A stretch of DNA of 33,160 nt from Bigelowiella natans CCMP2755 (taxonomy: Eukaryota; Protista; Cercozoa). Made by a program: the position numbers and the translations under genes. The DNA lies in NCBI GenBank assembly GCA_000320545.1, contig ADNK01000749.1, positions 1-33,160 of the forward strand, written 5' to 3'. The notes beneath the pieces were generated by a model. That model made no database searches, was not told the DNA's origin, and saw only the letters and a program-made list of their open reading frames with translations. Positions 1-11,471 of this stretch are shown here, piece after piece. The first letter of the stretch is position 1. Every line of letters begins with the position of its first letter.

Positions 1-86
1 TCTCTCTCTATCTACAACACATATAACATCATACACACACCCACATACACGCATGCACAGCACACATTTACCACGGTACTACTAAC

Positions 87-193
87 CTCTGCACAGGCCT
101 TCTGAAAACACCTGGTATACCTAAGAAATCGATATGATGGTTTATGCATCGGTAGTACTACGTACGGCGACGGGGAAGGTAGAAAAATCAGGC

Positions 194-226
<33 letters not shown>

Positions 227-2587
227 TATCAGAGTATCGTTATCACCCTACCCCTGACAAGCGTCACTAACGGCCTTGTTCAAGTCACTAAAGCATACAG
301 CACAAGAAAGTAAGTGCCTCTGTGTATGTGCGTGTACGTATTCCAAAGATTGGAAAACTGATAGAGATAATGTCATCATCATCATCATGATCATCATCAT
401 CATTTTATCAACGTTAAATAACGTTATGCAGTACCCGCAGCCAGAATCAATATATTCCTTCGTACAATTCAATGCCTCAGGAGTCTGGCAGTCGTTTGTA
501 TTGTGCCCTCCACCTAAATATCACCACCATCAGCAGCAGCAGCCAGCAGCAGCAGCAGCCGTGTATGAAGACAGTCAGCAAACCGTTTAACGATGCTTGA
601 TAGACTATTGCGTTGTAGTACCGCATTCACAGCAAGCTTCATTTGCAAATTTCCCGTACAACGCGTCCTTACACTCGCCCACGGAGCACCTAGATTGTAG
701 TCGCAACAACGATATAATCGATCGATGGACATAGACTAGCAGTTCAAAGCACCATATCTTCGTTCTCTCCTAATCACGTTGTCCATCTACTGACCCTCTT
801 CGTAGGTCTTGCTCGGTTACAAGGAGTTCTCCATCACGGCAAACACCCTGCCGAATAATCGAGAAAAGAGACGAGAAGAAGATGTAGTAGCACCAACATA
901 ATACACAAAATCATCCGTATTTTTATTATTATTATTATTAGCACTTTTTCGAAGCTATCCTCGGCGTGCGCGCGTGCAGCAGCATATAGAAACAGACGCA
1001 GTAATATGATTAATTCTATTACTTTGCGAATATATCACAACACTACTGCTAGCGCCATACCTTTTTGACATAACTGATGCACGTGTCCCCATCCGGGTCT
1101 TTCCATTTCAAGTAATCGGAGCAACCCGGTGTGACGAATCTAATCATGTACGCATGTTTGCAGCCACAGAAGTCATTCATTGCAAGCAAGTTAGTAATCT
1201 TATTTTAGTCAGACGCTGATCGAGTAAAGCATTTCGTGCACACTTTACCTTTGGCAGGACCGCACAGCCACTGCAAGAATCAAAGCTTCATCTTTATACT
1301 TACTGCGGAACTCTCTCGACTAAAGAGCGGTAATGTTGGGAAGGGATTTTGATAAACAGAATGATACGGATTATCATGAGTTACAAGATATATTTTGTTA
1401 TATTCAATCTTCGGGCTCCTACATGTTGACAGTGGAACCAGCTCTCCTGCGTCCCATTCTTGCCTATTCCTCTGGCGCACTGTAGTAGTTTTTACAGCAA
1501 TAGGTAGTTTAAATCACGTTCTGTCTTTCCGAATATGACGATGGCGCGAAGAGGAAAGAGGGTCATCGCCTATTACCGTATCCGAGCATGCGTCGTAGTG
1601 GGTACCCTGGCAATCAGTTGCAACCTGGCCATAAAGAAGCGTACAGCATCGGTCAATCATGCACGGTCGGTATAAGAGTAATAACAACGCCTTTTCGTAG
1701 AAAAATGCGCCACCTTTAGTAAACCCTCGATGTCGTGATCTGTGTAAAGATTACAAACCATTTCACTTTTGATGACCAACACAGATGATTGAAACAGGAG
1801 CTTACTTGTACACTTCTTCGGATCGGGAAAAGTGTGGCTGCAATACCTTTATTTAGAGACAGATTTTAACTTAAGCAACAGAGATAATGCATTGTGAAAT
1901 ACGCAAAATTTTCTTACTTTGCAGCACAGCTCCTTATATATCCCATGATATGTATGGCTCTTAAACCTGCAAAATTCATGGTCCGTATTCAGATATTGAT
2001 CATTCGAGTAGAATCTTATTCCTCGTTTCACCACCACCACCACCAACAACAACAACTACTACTACTACTACTACTATGATTACTGCCACTGCCACTGCTA
2101 CTATTAACGCTGCTTATGACATAGTACTTACTAGGGAGAATGCCATTGCCGAGAGCACATCTTGCCAAACAGCCAGCGCTGTCAAGGGGGCATTCCTGAT
2201 TATTTGTAGATAAGAAATACAAGGCTATTACCAAGGCAAAGGCTAGGAGGGGGATTGAAGAGAAAGGCTATATATTGACCCTCTGGCATCGCTCAAATGA
2301 TTGACAGACTCGATCTGCTTTGCACTTTTTCATTAACTGCCCGCACTGAGGAAGCAAAACGAAGCGTAAGTCGTTCGTTCGCATAAGATGGAGGATGCTT
2401 AATAGAGTTCGCCGCATGCCTTCTTACTCAAAGTCATATTTCGCTACAACTTAATGCGGAAGCGCCAAAGGAAAATTGCGTGTAATGATACCGATCTCTC
2501 CTCGCACTTCTCGCGTTCTGTTTGCCCAGCGAGGACCGGATCGAGTGCAGCTGTGAAGAGGAGAAGAGGGGCAACTTTGAGCATCAT
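87..2587 (-). CDS. Secreted cysteine-rich multi-exon protein (VDE-like N-terminal Cys-rich domain plus WxDxxGxxCxxY...ANEACCxCGGG module); 3' end lies beyond the window start
   Basis: About 15 GT-AG exons join in frame (2587-2492, 2345-2280, 2195-2132, ... last visible 120-87): MMLKVAPLLLFTAALDPVLAG|QTEREKCEERSCGQLMKKCKADRVCQSFERCQRECPLDSAGCLARCALG...CSDYLKWKDPDGDTCISYVKKGVCRDG...YGKFANEACCECGGGHNTNDC...YTRCFQKACAE. Hydrophobic signal peptide; phases consistent at every junction. Confidence 0.85.
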
Positions 2588-3051
2588 GAGGATGCGTTGT
2601 TCCCTGGATCACAGTAGAGAAAGATAGTCGGGGAGAGAGAGGGAGAAGGGTTCGCAAGCACAGTAGCTTTGGCGTTCGCCACGATTTGAGGATTGGCTGA
2701 GATTTGGTTGTTGATGATCCTGATCTGGAATCTCAATCAAGATATTCTCCGTATTAATTTCTTCTTAATTCTTTACATGAGAAGAAGTAGCACAATATTT
2801 TGTTAAATCGGATGTCATTAGTTCACGCTTCCATAGGTTATTTCCGGGTTTTTTCCCGATCTGGTCCTTCCTCCAAATTCCGGATGTTTAACATGCTCCC
2901 ACGGGAACACACGAAAACACCTTCGATTCCAGGGATGCGACAAGTCACTATCTATTGTTTCTTATATGAAACACCGACGATATTAGGACTGCGACAAGGA
3001 TAAAATCTCCTCTACGTCATCACCGACCGACCAGAATCGAGCATTCAGGAA
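2588..3051. promoter_or_regulatory. Putative bidirectional promoter (Cys-rich gene / MEA1-like)
   Basis: 464 bp between divergent ATGs, free of microsatellites; ATTGG (reverse CCAAT) near 2692, TTCCGG at 2842 and 2878, ACGTCA near 3014. Confidence 0.55.
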
Positions 3052-3950
3052 ATGGCTGCACAACCCTCGGAACAGAACGTCGAGGTAGTCGTAGGTTAGA
3101 GGCGGCGACCAGAAAAAGATGCATGCAGTTCGTTTATACTGTTTGCCCTCTCGTCACAGGTCCAAATCAAAGAGCACGAGAAAAAGGTTGCAGCCTATGT
3201 CCGAAACGAGCTTTTGAACGGTGAGACGAATTGTGTTCGGAATCATTCAAGGCCCTAAGATGAGTGTATGATGCTGAATTAAATTTAGCAGAAGGACTAG
3301 AAGACCCACGTAATAAGGTTATAGCAGGAATATGGGAGGAGAAATTAAATAGCTTAAATCGTGAATACCTCGAATGCGTAAACGCGAGGGTTCAACCAAA
3401 AGACAATTCCTCGTCGGCTCCTTCCACAGAGCAGCAGCAGCAACAACAACAGCAGCAGCAGCAGACGGAGGGGCAAAATGAGACAAAAATAATAGCACCG
3501 AAAACAATAGATTCGAAGAGTAGCGACCAAACACAAATTGCCAGCCGGAATGACTCAGTCGAAGATGTAGATGCACGCGCACAAGGATATGGCATGTTGA
3601 GTTCCCAATTTCCTGATAGTGACGACGACAGTAACAACGATGACGAAGATGCATACCCTGACACTGGATATGCACAATTGCAAGGAAATATGGATGGCGA
3701 AAACGGAGATGAAGGAGCCGAATTAGAGGGAAATCAAGCTGGAACATTGGAAACAAAAGAAACCAATAATAATGATGCTGCTGATGCCACTGCACAGATA
3801 TTCAGCAATGATAAAGCCAGTAAGATCCAGAGCATAATGGGTGAGCTCGATCTTCCAGCACCTGAATGGGCAAAGAATGTTCCTGAGGATGTTTGGATGA
3901 AAACATTGCTATCTGGAGCACAGATTGATCAACAAAAAGAATGCAAGTGA
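3052..3950 (+). CDS. Male-enhanced antigen 1 (MEA1)-like acidic protein
   Basis: Three exons (3052-3084, ~3160-3220, ~3289-3950): MAAQPSEQNVE|VQIKEHEKKVAAYVRNELLN|AEGLEDPRNK... with polyQ, acidic D/E tracts, GYxxL motifs and C-terminal IQSIMGELDLPAPEWAKNVPEDVW, resembling the MEA1 signature (M...LP...P.WA..+.+..W). Confidence 0.7.
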
Positions 3951-5112
3951 AATTATTGCAATGCGGGAAATCTGTGAAAGATGCACTTGCAAAATGAACT
4001 TGAAGTTACCAAAAACTATATTATATTGTTTAAGCAACAACAGTGACCAGATAAATGTATTTACGTATGAGTTCGATGTGGCTGTATGGTACTTGTCCGC
4101 GTTTGTGAATCGATGCAAAACACCGCCTCTGCTGAACGGAAGCTCAATTTCAATCAATGTTTTTCACAGCTATTATGGCTCAATGTATGTCATTGAAACC
4201 CAAAATATAGGAGCATCCAAACAGACCAGTAGAGTTGCAAACGTCAGAACACAGTACGAACAATCTAGACAATTGTCTTATCGCTGCACTGGCGGCACAC
4301 TAGTCTAGTCTACTAATGGCTCATTGACGTACAACGCAGCCAGTATGTGTTGAGTCATTGCCGTTTAGTCAGCAGTTGTCTGATAGCGTATCTGTGGGCG
4401 CGTTCGGCTGTTGTTTAGCGAAACAGCAGATGTACCCGGCAATCATACACTATTTTTCATTGGATCCAATGAAAAATCATTGGAATCATAGCACTGTGCT
4501 TGTTCTGGCAGTGCTGCATATGTCGTCCGTAGCATTACAGCAAATACAATACACATGCATAATATACACGTACATATGCAATAATCAATGAATGCATGAA
4601 GGCGTATGTTAATGCTCGAGACAAGGTGATAATGTTGATAGTTTATACTTTTTTACTTCTTGGGCACACAAATTGCTCCATACATAATACACATGACAAA
4701 ACGCATGGCTAATATGGTGCACTCGCATTGTGACGTTGTGTTCTGTTGTATACTGTGAAAATAGCGAATAAGACTCTGAGAGGCACTTGATATACTCTAC
4801 TGATAGTTTCTATTGTGCGGACGGCGGTATCAAGCCTTCACCGCTTATAGCTGTATAAATATCTATTTTGTGTACGCTTTATCTTTCTTTCCATATTGGA
4901 CTAGTATCATCGTCCCTCTATACCATTTTTTGGATATAATTTTCATGCCATACCTTTTCTTAATATTTTTTTATTTTCGCTACCCAGTATCGATCTATTA
5001 TTATCTGTTCTACTTCCCGTGGCTCCATGCAAAATAAATACCCCGCATTATGTTTCGAATTATCTCCGCTGCGACTTCGTCTGCAATGAAGACAACCTCT
5101 AAGTAGCAGAAG

Positions 5113-7041
5113 CTATTGAGCTGCCTCACCAGTAGATGTGGCAGTCTTACTTGCAACATGCTCCTCTTCTTTGCCTTTCTTTGGAGATGAAGGCTCAGCA
5201 GCGTCGACGCTGCCGCTACTGCCCTCCGCATCATCAAGATCCGCCTTAAAGCTTGCTGGCTGTTGAGTTGAAGTGATTAGGCGGTACCACATCTGACCGT
5301 TGGGATCGACCTTTCTCGGCCCCGCCTTGATAACTTCCAATATGGGAATGTACACGTAATTTGTACTGACCATACCGGCGCTAAAGCCGGTAAATCCGGC
5401 CATGGCGCCATGGACAGCCTGCTGAGCCAGGACAGCGCAATACACCCTGTCGCCGGCGTTGGCAGGAATGGAACGAATCATGTAGGTCGGGTCAATGTTC
5501 ACCAGACGGTGGTCCATATTGCGTTCCGAGAGGCAAGCTTTGATCTTGGCCCTAAGGTGCTGGCCGATGTCGCCACTGATGGGTTGTGTAGCCCCACCCT
5601 TTGCCAACTGCTCCCCACCCATAGCCTTCTGCTGGAGCTCTTTCAGCGCAACCTCGGCCATGCCCTCCGCGGCCACGATCACGGCGTGCTGCTTCTTTTG
5701 AAGTACCTTGAGGAGATGCTCCAGAAATTTTTCTTCGCTGAATTCAATTTCAGGGATTAGCGCAATGTCGACGTCGTTCGAAGCGAGCGATGCCATAAGG
5801 GTGATTGCACCGCTGTGTCGTCCCATCAGCCTCACGATGCCAATGCCGTTGATCGACGCCTTCGCTTCCACTTTAGCGCTCTCTATAGCGCGCTGCGCCT
5901 CTTCAATGGAGGTTTCGAAGCCGAAAGACCGATCAATGATGTTGATGTCGTTGTCGATTGTCTTGGGTATGGCTACCACGCTCATCTTGAGGCCTTCATC
6001 CCTAGCACTCTCATAAATGGCATTGGCTGCTGCATGCGTCCCGTCACCGCCAACTATGAAGAGCATGTTAATCCCTAATGCCTTTGCAGTGGCCAAGATC
6101 CCATCACGATCGTAGTAGCCTCTTCCTGTGCCAAGGATGGTGCCTCCCATCTGGTGGATTCCAGCCACTGTTTTGGGATTAAGCTCCATGCAGAAGTCGT
6201 TCTTGTGCTTCTCGAGGGAAGGGGAGAGATCCGCCCTCAAGCCTCGCAGTCCATAACGGAAACCGGTAATGTCACGTACTCCATAGTTCTCCCACAGCGA
6301 GTTGGTGACTTCTCTCACCACTGAGTTCAGCCCAGGGCATAGCCCACCGCACGTCACAATCCCTGCTTTTACCTCCTCTGGCTTGAAGAATATCTTCTCG
6401 CGGGGGCCGGCTCTGAGGAAGGTCCGCGCATCGTCCTCGCATAATTCGCCCTTGCAGAAGGCAACGTCTACAAGAACTTTTTCATCGCGTTCCATAATAT
6501 CAGCTTCGAATCCTGGCCGTGCAACTAGCGGGGAGTCGACACCGTTAATGTGCTTCAAGTAATCGGTGAGGTGAGCAACCTCTTCTTCATCTGCCACAGG
6601 ATGGTAGCCCAGCGGTTTGCTTCCGTAACACTTTGTATCTAGCTCTCTCCTTCTCCTCCACTTCCGTGTCCCCGTAAATCCAATACCTGGGGACTTCGCA
6701 GCAGATGCCGTTGTTCTACGCGTTGACAAGAAGGGAGGTGATGAGAATGTTGGACTTCTCACCGAGGATAGTCTCCCTGCAGATGTTCTCTTAATGGAGC
6801 TATACTTGTATCCACTAGATTTTAAGCTGCTGAACCTTCCCAATTTGCTGCATGGCACGCAATGATTAGCTGACAGAAGTAAAATCGCGGCGAGGAGAGA
6901 GCACACTAAGATCATATTTGTCCTGCAGTTTTTCATCTGTATAGCCGCGGTATGATGCCGATGGTCGTGCAGACGATCCTGATCTTCTGGTCCGGGGGAT
7001 AGCGGGTAAAACACATCGCCTCGTCGCCTCGACATCAACAT
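5113..7041 (-). CDS. PFK: ATP-dependent 6-phosphofructokinase (group X, plant/kinetoplastid type), intronless, with probable bipartite plastid-targeting leader
   Basis: 642-aa uninterrupted ORF with RAGPR, GIVTCGGLCPGLN, GGTILGTGRG, GGDGT (Gly variant, ATP-type), PKTIDND, LMGRHSG and DPTYMIR. N-terminal hydrophobic stretch MILVCSLLAAILLLSA is followed by an S/R/K-rich transit-like region. The true start could be a downstream Met. Confidence 0.96.
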   Translation of the reverse strand: MLMSRRRGDVFYPLSPGPEDQDRLHDHRHHTAAIQMKNCRTNMILVCSLLAAILLLSANHCVPCSKLGRFSSLKSSGYKYSSIKRTSAGRLSSVRSPTFSSPPFLSTRRTTASAAKSPGIGFTGTRKWRRRRELDTKCYGSKPLGYHPVADEEEVAHLTDYLKHINGVDSPLVARPGFEADIMERDEKVLVDVAFCKGELCEDDARTFLRAGPREKIFFKPEEVKAGIVTCGGLCPGLNSVVREVTNSLWENYGVRDITGFRYGLRGLRADLSPSLEKHKNDFCMELNPKTVAGIHQMGGTILGTGRGYYDRDGILATAKALGINMLFIVGGDGTHAAANAIYESARDEGLKMSVVAIPKTIDNDINIIDRSFGFETSIEEAQRAIESAKVEAKASINGIGIVRLMGRHSGAITLMASLASNDVDIALIPEIEFSEEKFLEHLLKVLQKKQHAVIVAAEGMAEVALKELQQKAMGGEQLAKGGATQPISGDIGQHLRAKIKACLSERNMDHRLVNIDPTYMIRSIPANAGDRVYCAVLAQQAVHGAMAGFTGFSAGMVSTNYVYIPILEVIKAGPRKVDPNGQMWYRLITSTQQPASFKADLDDAEGSSGSVDAAEPSSPKKGKEEEHVASKTATSTGEAAQ

Positions 7042-7156
7042 CCGGAAATTAGAGATGCGGGGTGGCGGTGTGGGGGTTCAGGCCCACTCTTAATAATGTG
7101 CGAAAGCGCCCAGTTGCAGGATCAATTACAGGATATTTCAGTACTGCGACATCAAA
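7042..7156. promoter_or_regulatory. Very short putative bidirectional promoter (PFK / GNAT)
   Basis: Only 115 bp between the annotated divergent ATGs; contains CCGGAA (7042), a G-rich GC-box-like run and GGCCCA. Confidence 0.5.
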
Positions 7157-9541
7157 ATGTCCATTGTAGTGTCAGAATCCCACATGAACAATGGACACGT
7201 TGTGGTGGTGGTGAGTGCTCCAGGAAAAAAAAAATCCAAAAAACGCATTGGATTTGACGAACAGCAGGATATTTTGGGGATGCGTCAGCCAGTTTTTGTT
7301 GTCGCAAGGACCAAAATCAACCTGCGAAGGACCTGGACTCTTGGGAGGCGATGGGACGGAGTGTGTGATGATTATCCCCAGAGGCGCTTTATGGGAATTA
7401 TTCTGGCTGGTGACCTTGCAAACCCGATTCTCTGTGAATTGTGCATCTACCTCCTACTCATCCTCTGCTGTTCTAGCGTCGTTTCGACATGGTTGTAGTA
7501 TTTTCTTAAGAATCTTGCGCCGACCTGCATTGGCAGAATCAGAATGCTCACGGTTCTACTTTAGATTACTCGGATATCACTATTCGCTCCATGGCAACTC
7601 GGGATGCTTCAGCATTATTTATGTGCGTGAATGGAGTGTGTAGCCCTCCGAGGGGTGGTTGATTTGCATTAGGTTATAATTCAACGTTTCTCGTTTCGTG
7701 TAGGCTAGAGAAAGCAAACGCGGAGGTGCTGCGGAAGATATCCTATGAGCCTGCATCGAGTAGAAGGGTATTATTAGCATGTTATAGTTGCTAATATGAT
7801 ATACTGAAAAAAATAGGGCGGCATGCGGTGGGGTTGCGTGCACGGGGGTGAGGGAGCACACGGACAGAATTGTCAATCAAGTAGGGGCCAAAGAAGAGGC
7901 GAAGGATGAGCTATCTAACGATAAACCTGTCCTTTCACGACACACAGATGCGTCAAAAATGGCTGGATGAAGACCTCCAAGAGGCCACAGCAACGGGGAA
8001 AAAAATGTAGTTAACACGCAATTAAGAAGAAAGAACAGTATCCTGAGATTCAACACACCTGTAGCTGTCTATACCATGCAGCTGTTACTCGATTTAATAT
8101 ATGTTATTCGAAATTACCATCAGGCTTGCTGTCATCTTGCTTAATGGAAGCATATCAGGGGAAATAAGCTTGCAGGTGTTGCTAATGCTACCGCATATAT
8201 ATTCTTCCCATAAACTATTCTTATGCTCTCGGATAATAGCCTTGATGTTTGTTAGGCAATCGATCGCAATCGATCTACGGGTTATATTGGTAGCAGCCTC
8301 TACATTAATTGAATCATACTTCATGTGACCTGCAGGAGAGGCCATATCCAACAGGTATATATGCTATTTATGCAGGCTACTGGATTGACAGAAACGTGCA
8401 GCGAAGGGGCTTCATGGTGCGTGCTATGCTGCGTTGTTGTTGTTGTTGTTGTTCATGATGATGATGATTTCGATGTCAATGTAGTGGGAGATGAGAATAG
8501 TTGAGGTTTGCTGTGTACGTTGCCATGACCGTGGAGTAGCAGTATATATAGATGTCAATTCCTTTGCATTTGCCTTTCCCTGCCTTTCCCTCCCCTTACA
8601 TCTTAAACATCATGGTGCTCAAATGCAATGGCTGACGTATCCTTTAGACCGCATGCGTCCGCGAGTTTTGCTCCTATTGCTTCGAGGTAGGAGGTTGTAG
8701 AAGTGCGTTGGCTTGTGAACGTATGCGTGGTTCTCAAAACGAATATTACATGCAGTGATAGTAGAATCATAGTAATTGCATCAGTTATTGCGGATGATGA
8801 GTAGTAATACTTCCTCATCTTGTGGCCATGGTAAGAAATTGAACCTTCACTTGTTGGATATAACTTGCTCCCCGCGGAACATTGCGAGGTTTGATTGGAT
8901 CATTTCTTGAACCAAACACAGTCACATACGCACAGACAAACGCCGTCAGAGAAAGAGAGAAGGGGGGGGAGAGGACGAGGAGGTAGAGAGAATGCTGCAG
9001 ACTACAAAGGCACTAACACAAAACACCCCCGCGTGCGTGCGCGCTACATGAGTCGTCGATGAACCATTTGTTATCAGCAGCATCCATGACACATCACTCA
9101 TATCTGTTAGCATTCGTCTAGCTCAGAAGCTGGGGTTTGTGCACAGGCCCGAGATCTACGACGTAGATCCAGTAATGGCAGTTATAATTATGATTGATGA
9201 TGATGATGATGATGATGATCATGCTCATGCTCGAGGTTTGATAGCAGTTTTGACTTCTCTCCTTCATCACACCCCCACCGTCGTCACTGACCTAGATACT
9301 GTTTGAATATATTGACATTATCGTTATAATCATTTTCTTCTTCTTTTTCTTCTTCTTCTTCTTCCTCTATTGTTAGTTGACGGGAGAGGATGTCCAGATA
9401 TTCACTCTTGCACGGTATTATTATCCTAGCAACTACCTACTCTAAACTTAAGCAACAATCAATCAATCAATCATTCAATCAATAACTACAACAACAACAA
9501 CAACACCAACTTATGTGATATCGTCGGAGATACAGAATATG

Positions 9542-9610
<69 letters not shown>

Positions 9611-9798
9611 TGCGCGCTTTTGTTTATTGAACATACAGGAGTAATTATTTGCGTCGTCTTATCCGGCCTGCACTTTGTAACGCCGCATTAACAAGAAGCA
9701 ACACCAGCAGGAGTAGGGGGGGAAGGCCGAACCTTTTTTGGGCCGACCTATACCACTTCCTCGACTCTAGAATTCCAAGGTTGTCGCTTCCACTGTAA
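7157..9798 (+). CDS. GNAT N-acetyltransferase, RimJ/RimL (Acetyltransf_3) type, multi-exon
   Basis: About 13 exons join in frame: ...ITIRSMATRDASALFMLEKANAEVLRKISYE...LAVILLNGSISGEISLQAIDRNRSTGYIGYWIDRNVQRRGFMTACVREFCSYCFEKLNLHLLDITCSPRNIASIRLAQKLGF... GYW...QRRGFM (8376-8416) and NIAS.R+AQKLGF are RimJ/RimL hallmarks. The first two exons are less certain; an extra last exon could move the stop to 9955. Confidence 0.88.
9544..9607. repeat. Compound (AT)n(GT)n microsatellite in a GNAT intron
   Basis: Directly visible tandem repeat. Confidence 0.95.
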
Positions 9799-10495
9799 AC
9801 AACTGATGCTTATGGACTTACATGCATATCATCAGGTTCTGCTATCCTATGCGTGATGCTCTGACAGGTCACACGCAGATCTGTCGCTCTCCAGGTTTCG
9901 GCAAGATCACAAATTTCATACGCAGCCCCCAGGCCGGCTGTACCAGGGGCAGTGATGCCGCTGCGATTACATAGATGGATGTTCCAGCACAGGGAGTCCG
10001 CGCATAATAATGACGGGCAAAATGTGTATGTTCTGGCATGTGCAAATCAAATGAAGTCAAAACATTATATAAACTTCCTATAGATCACTACGCAGCGGGT
10101 CATTCACTTCATGCATTTGCGTACGTACCTCAAACGCTGCACATTATGAGCTACCGACGTAAGCATTTAGAAATAGGGTATACATAGCGTTCTGCAGCGG
10201 CAAAGCACCCATATGATACGTAAATATGTACTCGATGAAGACGAAGTGCATATTCATATCTAAACATCTACAAATGTAAGAGTGTAAAGGAGCGGCGAGG
10301 CTACGTGCCGCGAACCGGAGGCCGGCGACTCCACAGCTTAATAAATGCGCGTGTGATTGAGAGTTACGATGGACATGATGTCGCGATTCGCTATCGTTCT
10401 TTACTTCAAGAGTTATAGAATTCTTCATGATCAGCGCAATAACCTATGTAACTTGGTTGTGCAGCGGAATGCATATCTAGATATTATCCAAGTCA

Positions 10496-11438
10496 TCACA
10501 AGAAAAATTTCTCCGGTTCATCAACATTTATGAGCTCCGATACGCTTAGAATCCCCGTTGTGTCCCACGAAGCCTGATATTATAAAAAGTAAGTTGAAGC
10601 AAGCACAAAGCAGCACTTATAATTCGGGGGAACGTGCCATGGACTTGCTCGCAAAATGCCTCTCAATAGAGCATGAGAAGTCAATGCATCATCCAACCCG
10701 CTATCACCCATTGCTAGATTTGTACCGAGAATCGTTTTCGAGCCTTCGATACGCTCCGTAAAGGCAGTCCAATGCAAGTTCCTGATTTAAATTATTATTC
10801 CAAAATACATAGCAGCGGAGATGTCGGTGGGGCAGATAGGTGAAAGCATGCAGAAGCAAACACTCACGATAGAAGTGCCATTTTGTAGATTTCAAGAGCG
10901 TGATAGTGTAATCAAGAAATACCTGGGAAATTCAGTGGCCTGAGAGCTAGGATATCCGTAGATGGCGGAAGCACATTACCCAACAACCGAGTAAATGGTG
11001 TGAAAGCAGAGTGCTCAAGATCTGTCATATAGATATGAACCGAACGATGCAACGATGATACCATTATATAAATCGGAATTAATGTAATATAATACGTGTG
11101 CACGTGCTCGCATGTGTGGGTGTGTGTGTGTGTGCGTGTGTGTGTGTGTGCACGTTACATAAATGCTGCCAACACCATGATGTGATATACCTCCGGTGAG
11201 TCGTCTATAATGGCGGTCAGCTTTTAGGATCATCACGTCGAAGTGTCTATTATTGCGCAAAAACCACAAATAACAACAACAACAAATCTAAGCATGAAGT
11301 TGACGGGTTGATAACGATGATGGGAAAAGAAGGGAGTCCCCAACGATGATCTTGGATGTTTCATTTGTACAGCGGCATGATTTGACCAGGCATGCACATG
11401 ATGCAAGTATGATAGTAGAGTAAGCCTAGATTATGCTC

Positions 11439-11471
<33 letters not shown>

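Noticed and set aside
3951-5112. Hidden gene or ncRNA between the MEA1-like gene and PFK (ORFs 3925-4308, 4358-4591, 4813-5037)
   Set aside because: No coherent exon chain and no tRNA, snRNA or snoRNA signature; consistent with convergent 3'UTRs.
5410-6562. Plus-strand ORFs overlapping PFK
   Set aside because: Antisense shadows of a GC-rich coding sequence with no recognisable motifs.
7030-7155. CGACATCAA repeated next to both the PFK and GNAT start codons
   Set aside because: A 9-bp direct repeat, one copy inside the PFK ORF and in the wrong relative orientation for a shared signal; probably chance.
7870-8351. An alternative minus-strand spliced model (GHMKYDSINVEAA...LWPLGGLHP)
   Set aside because: The plus strand here encodes clear RimJ/RimL motifs in phase-consistent exons; the minus model has no recognisable homology and could not be extended.
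10725-11021. FPGTCIGLPLR looked like the sacsin-type GTLFRFPLR motif
   Set aside because: Flanking exons place it in the C-terminal LRxxK...GL region of the DUF89 fold.
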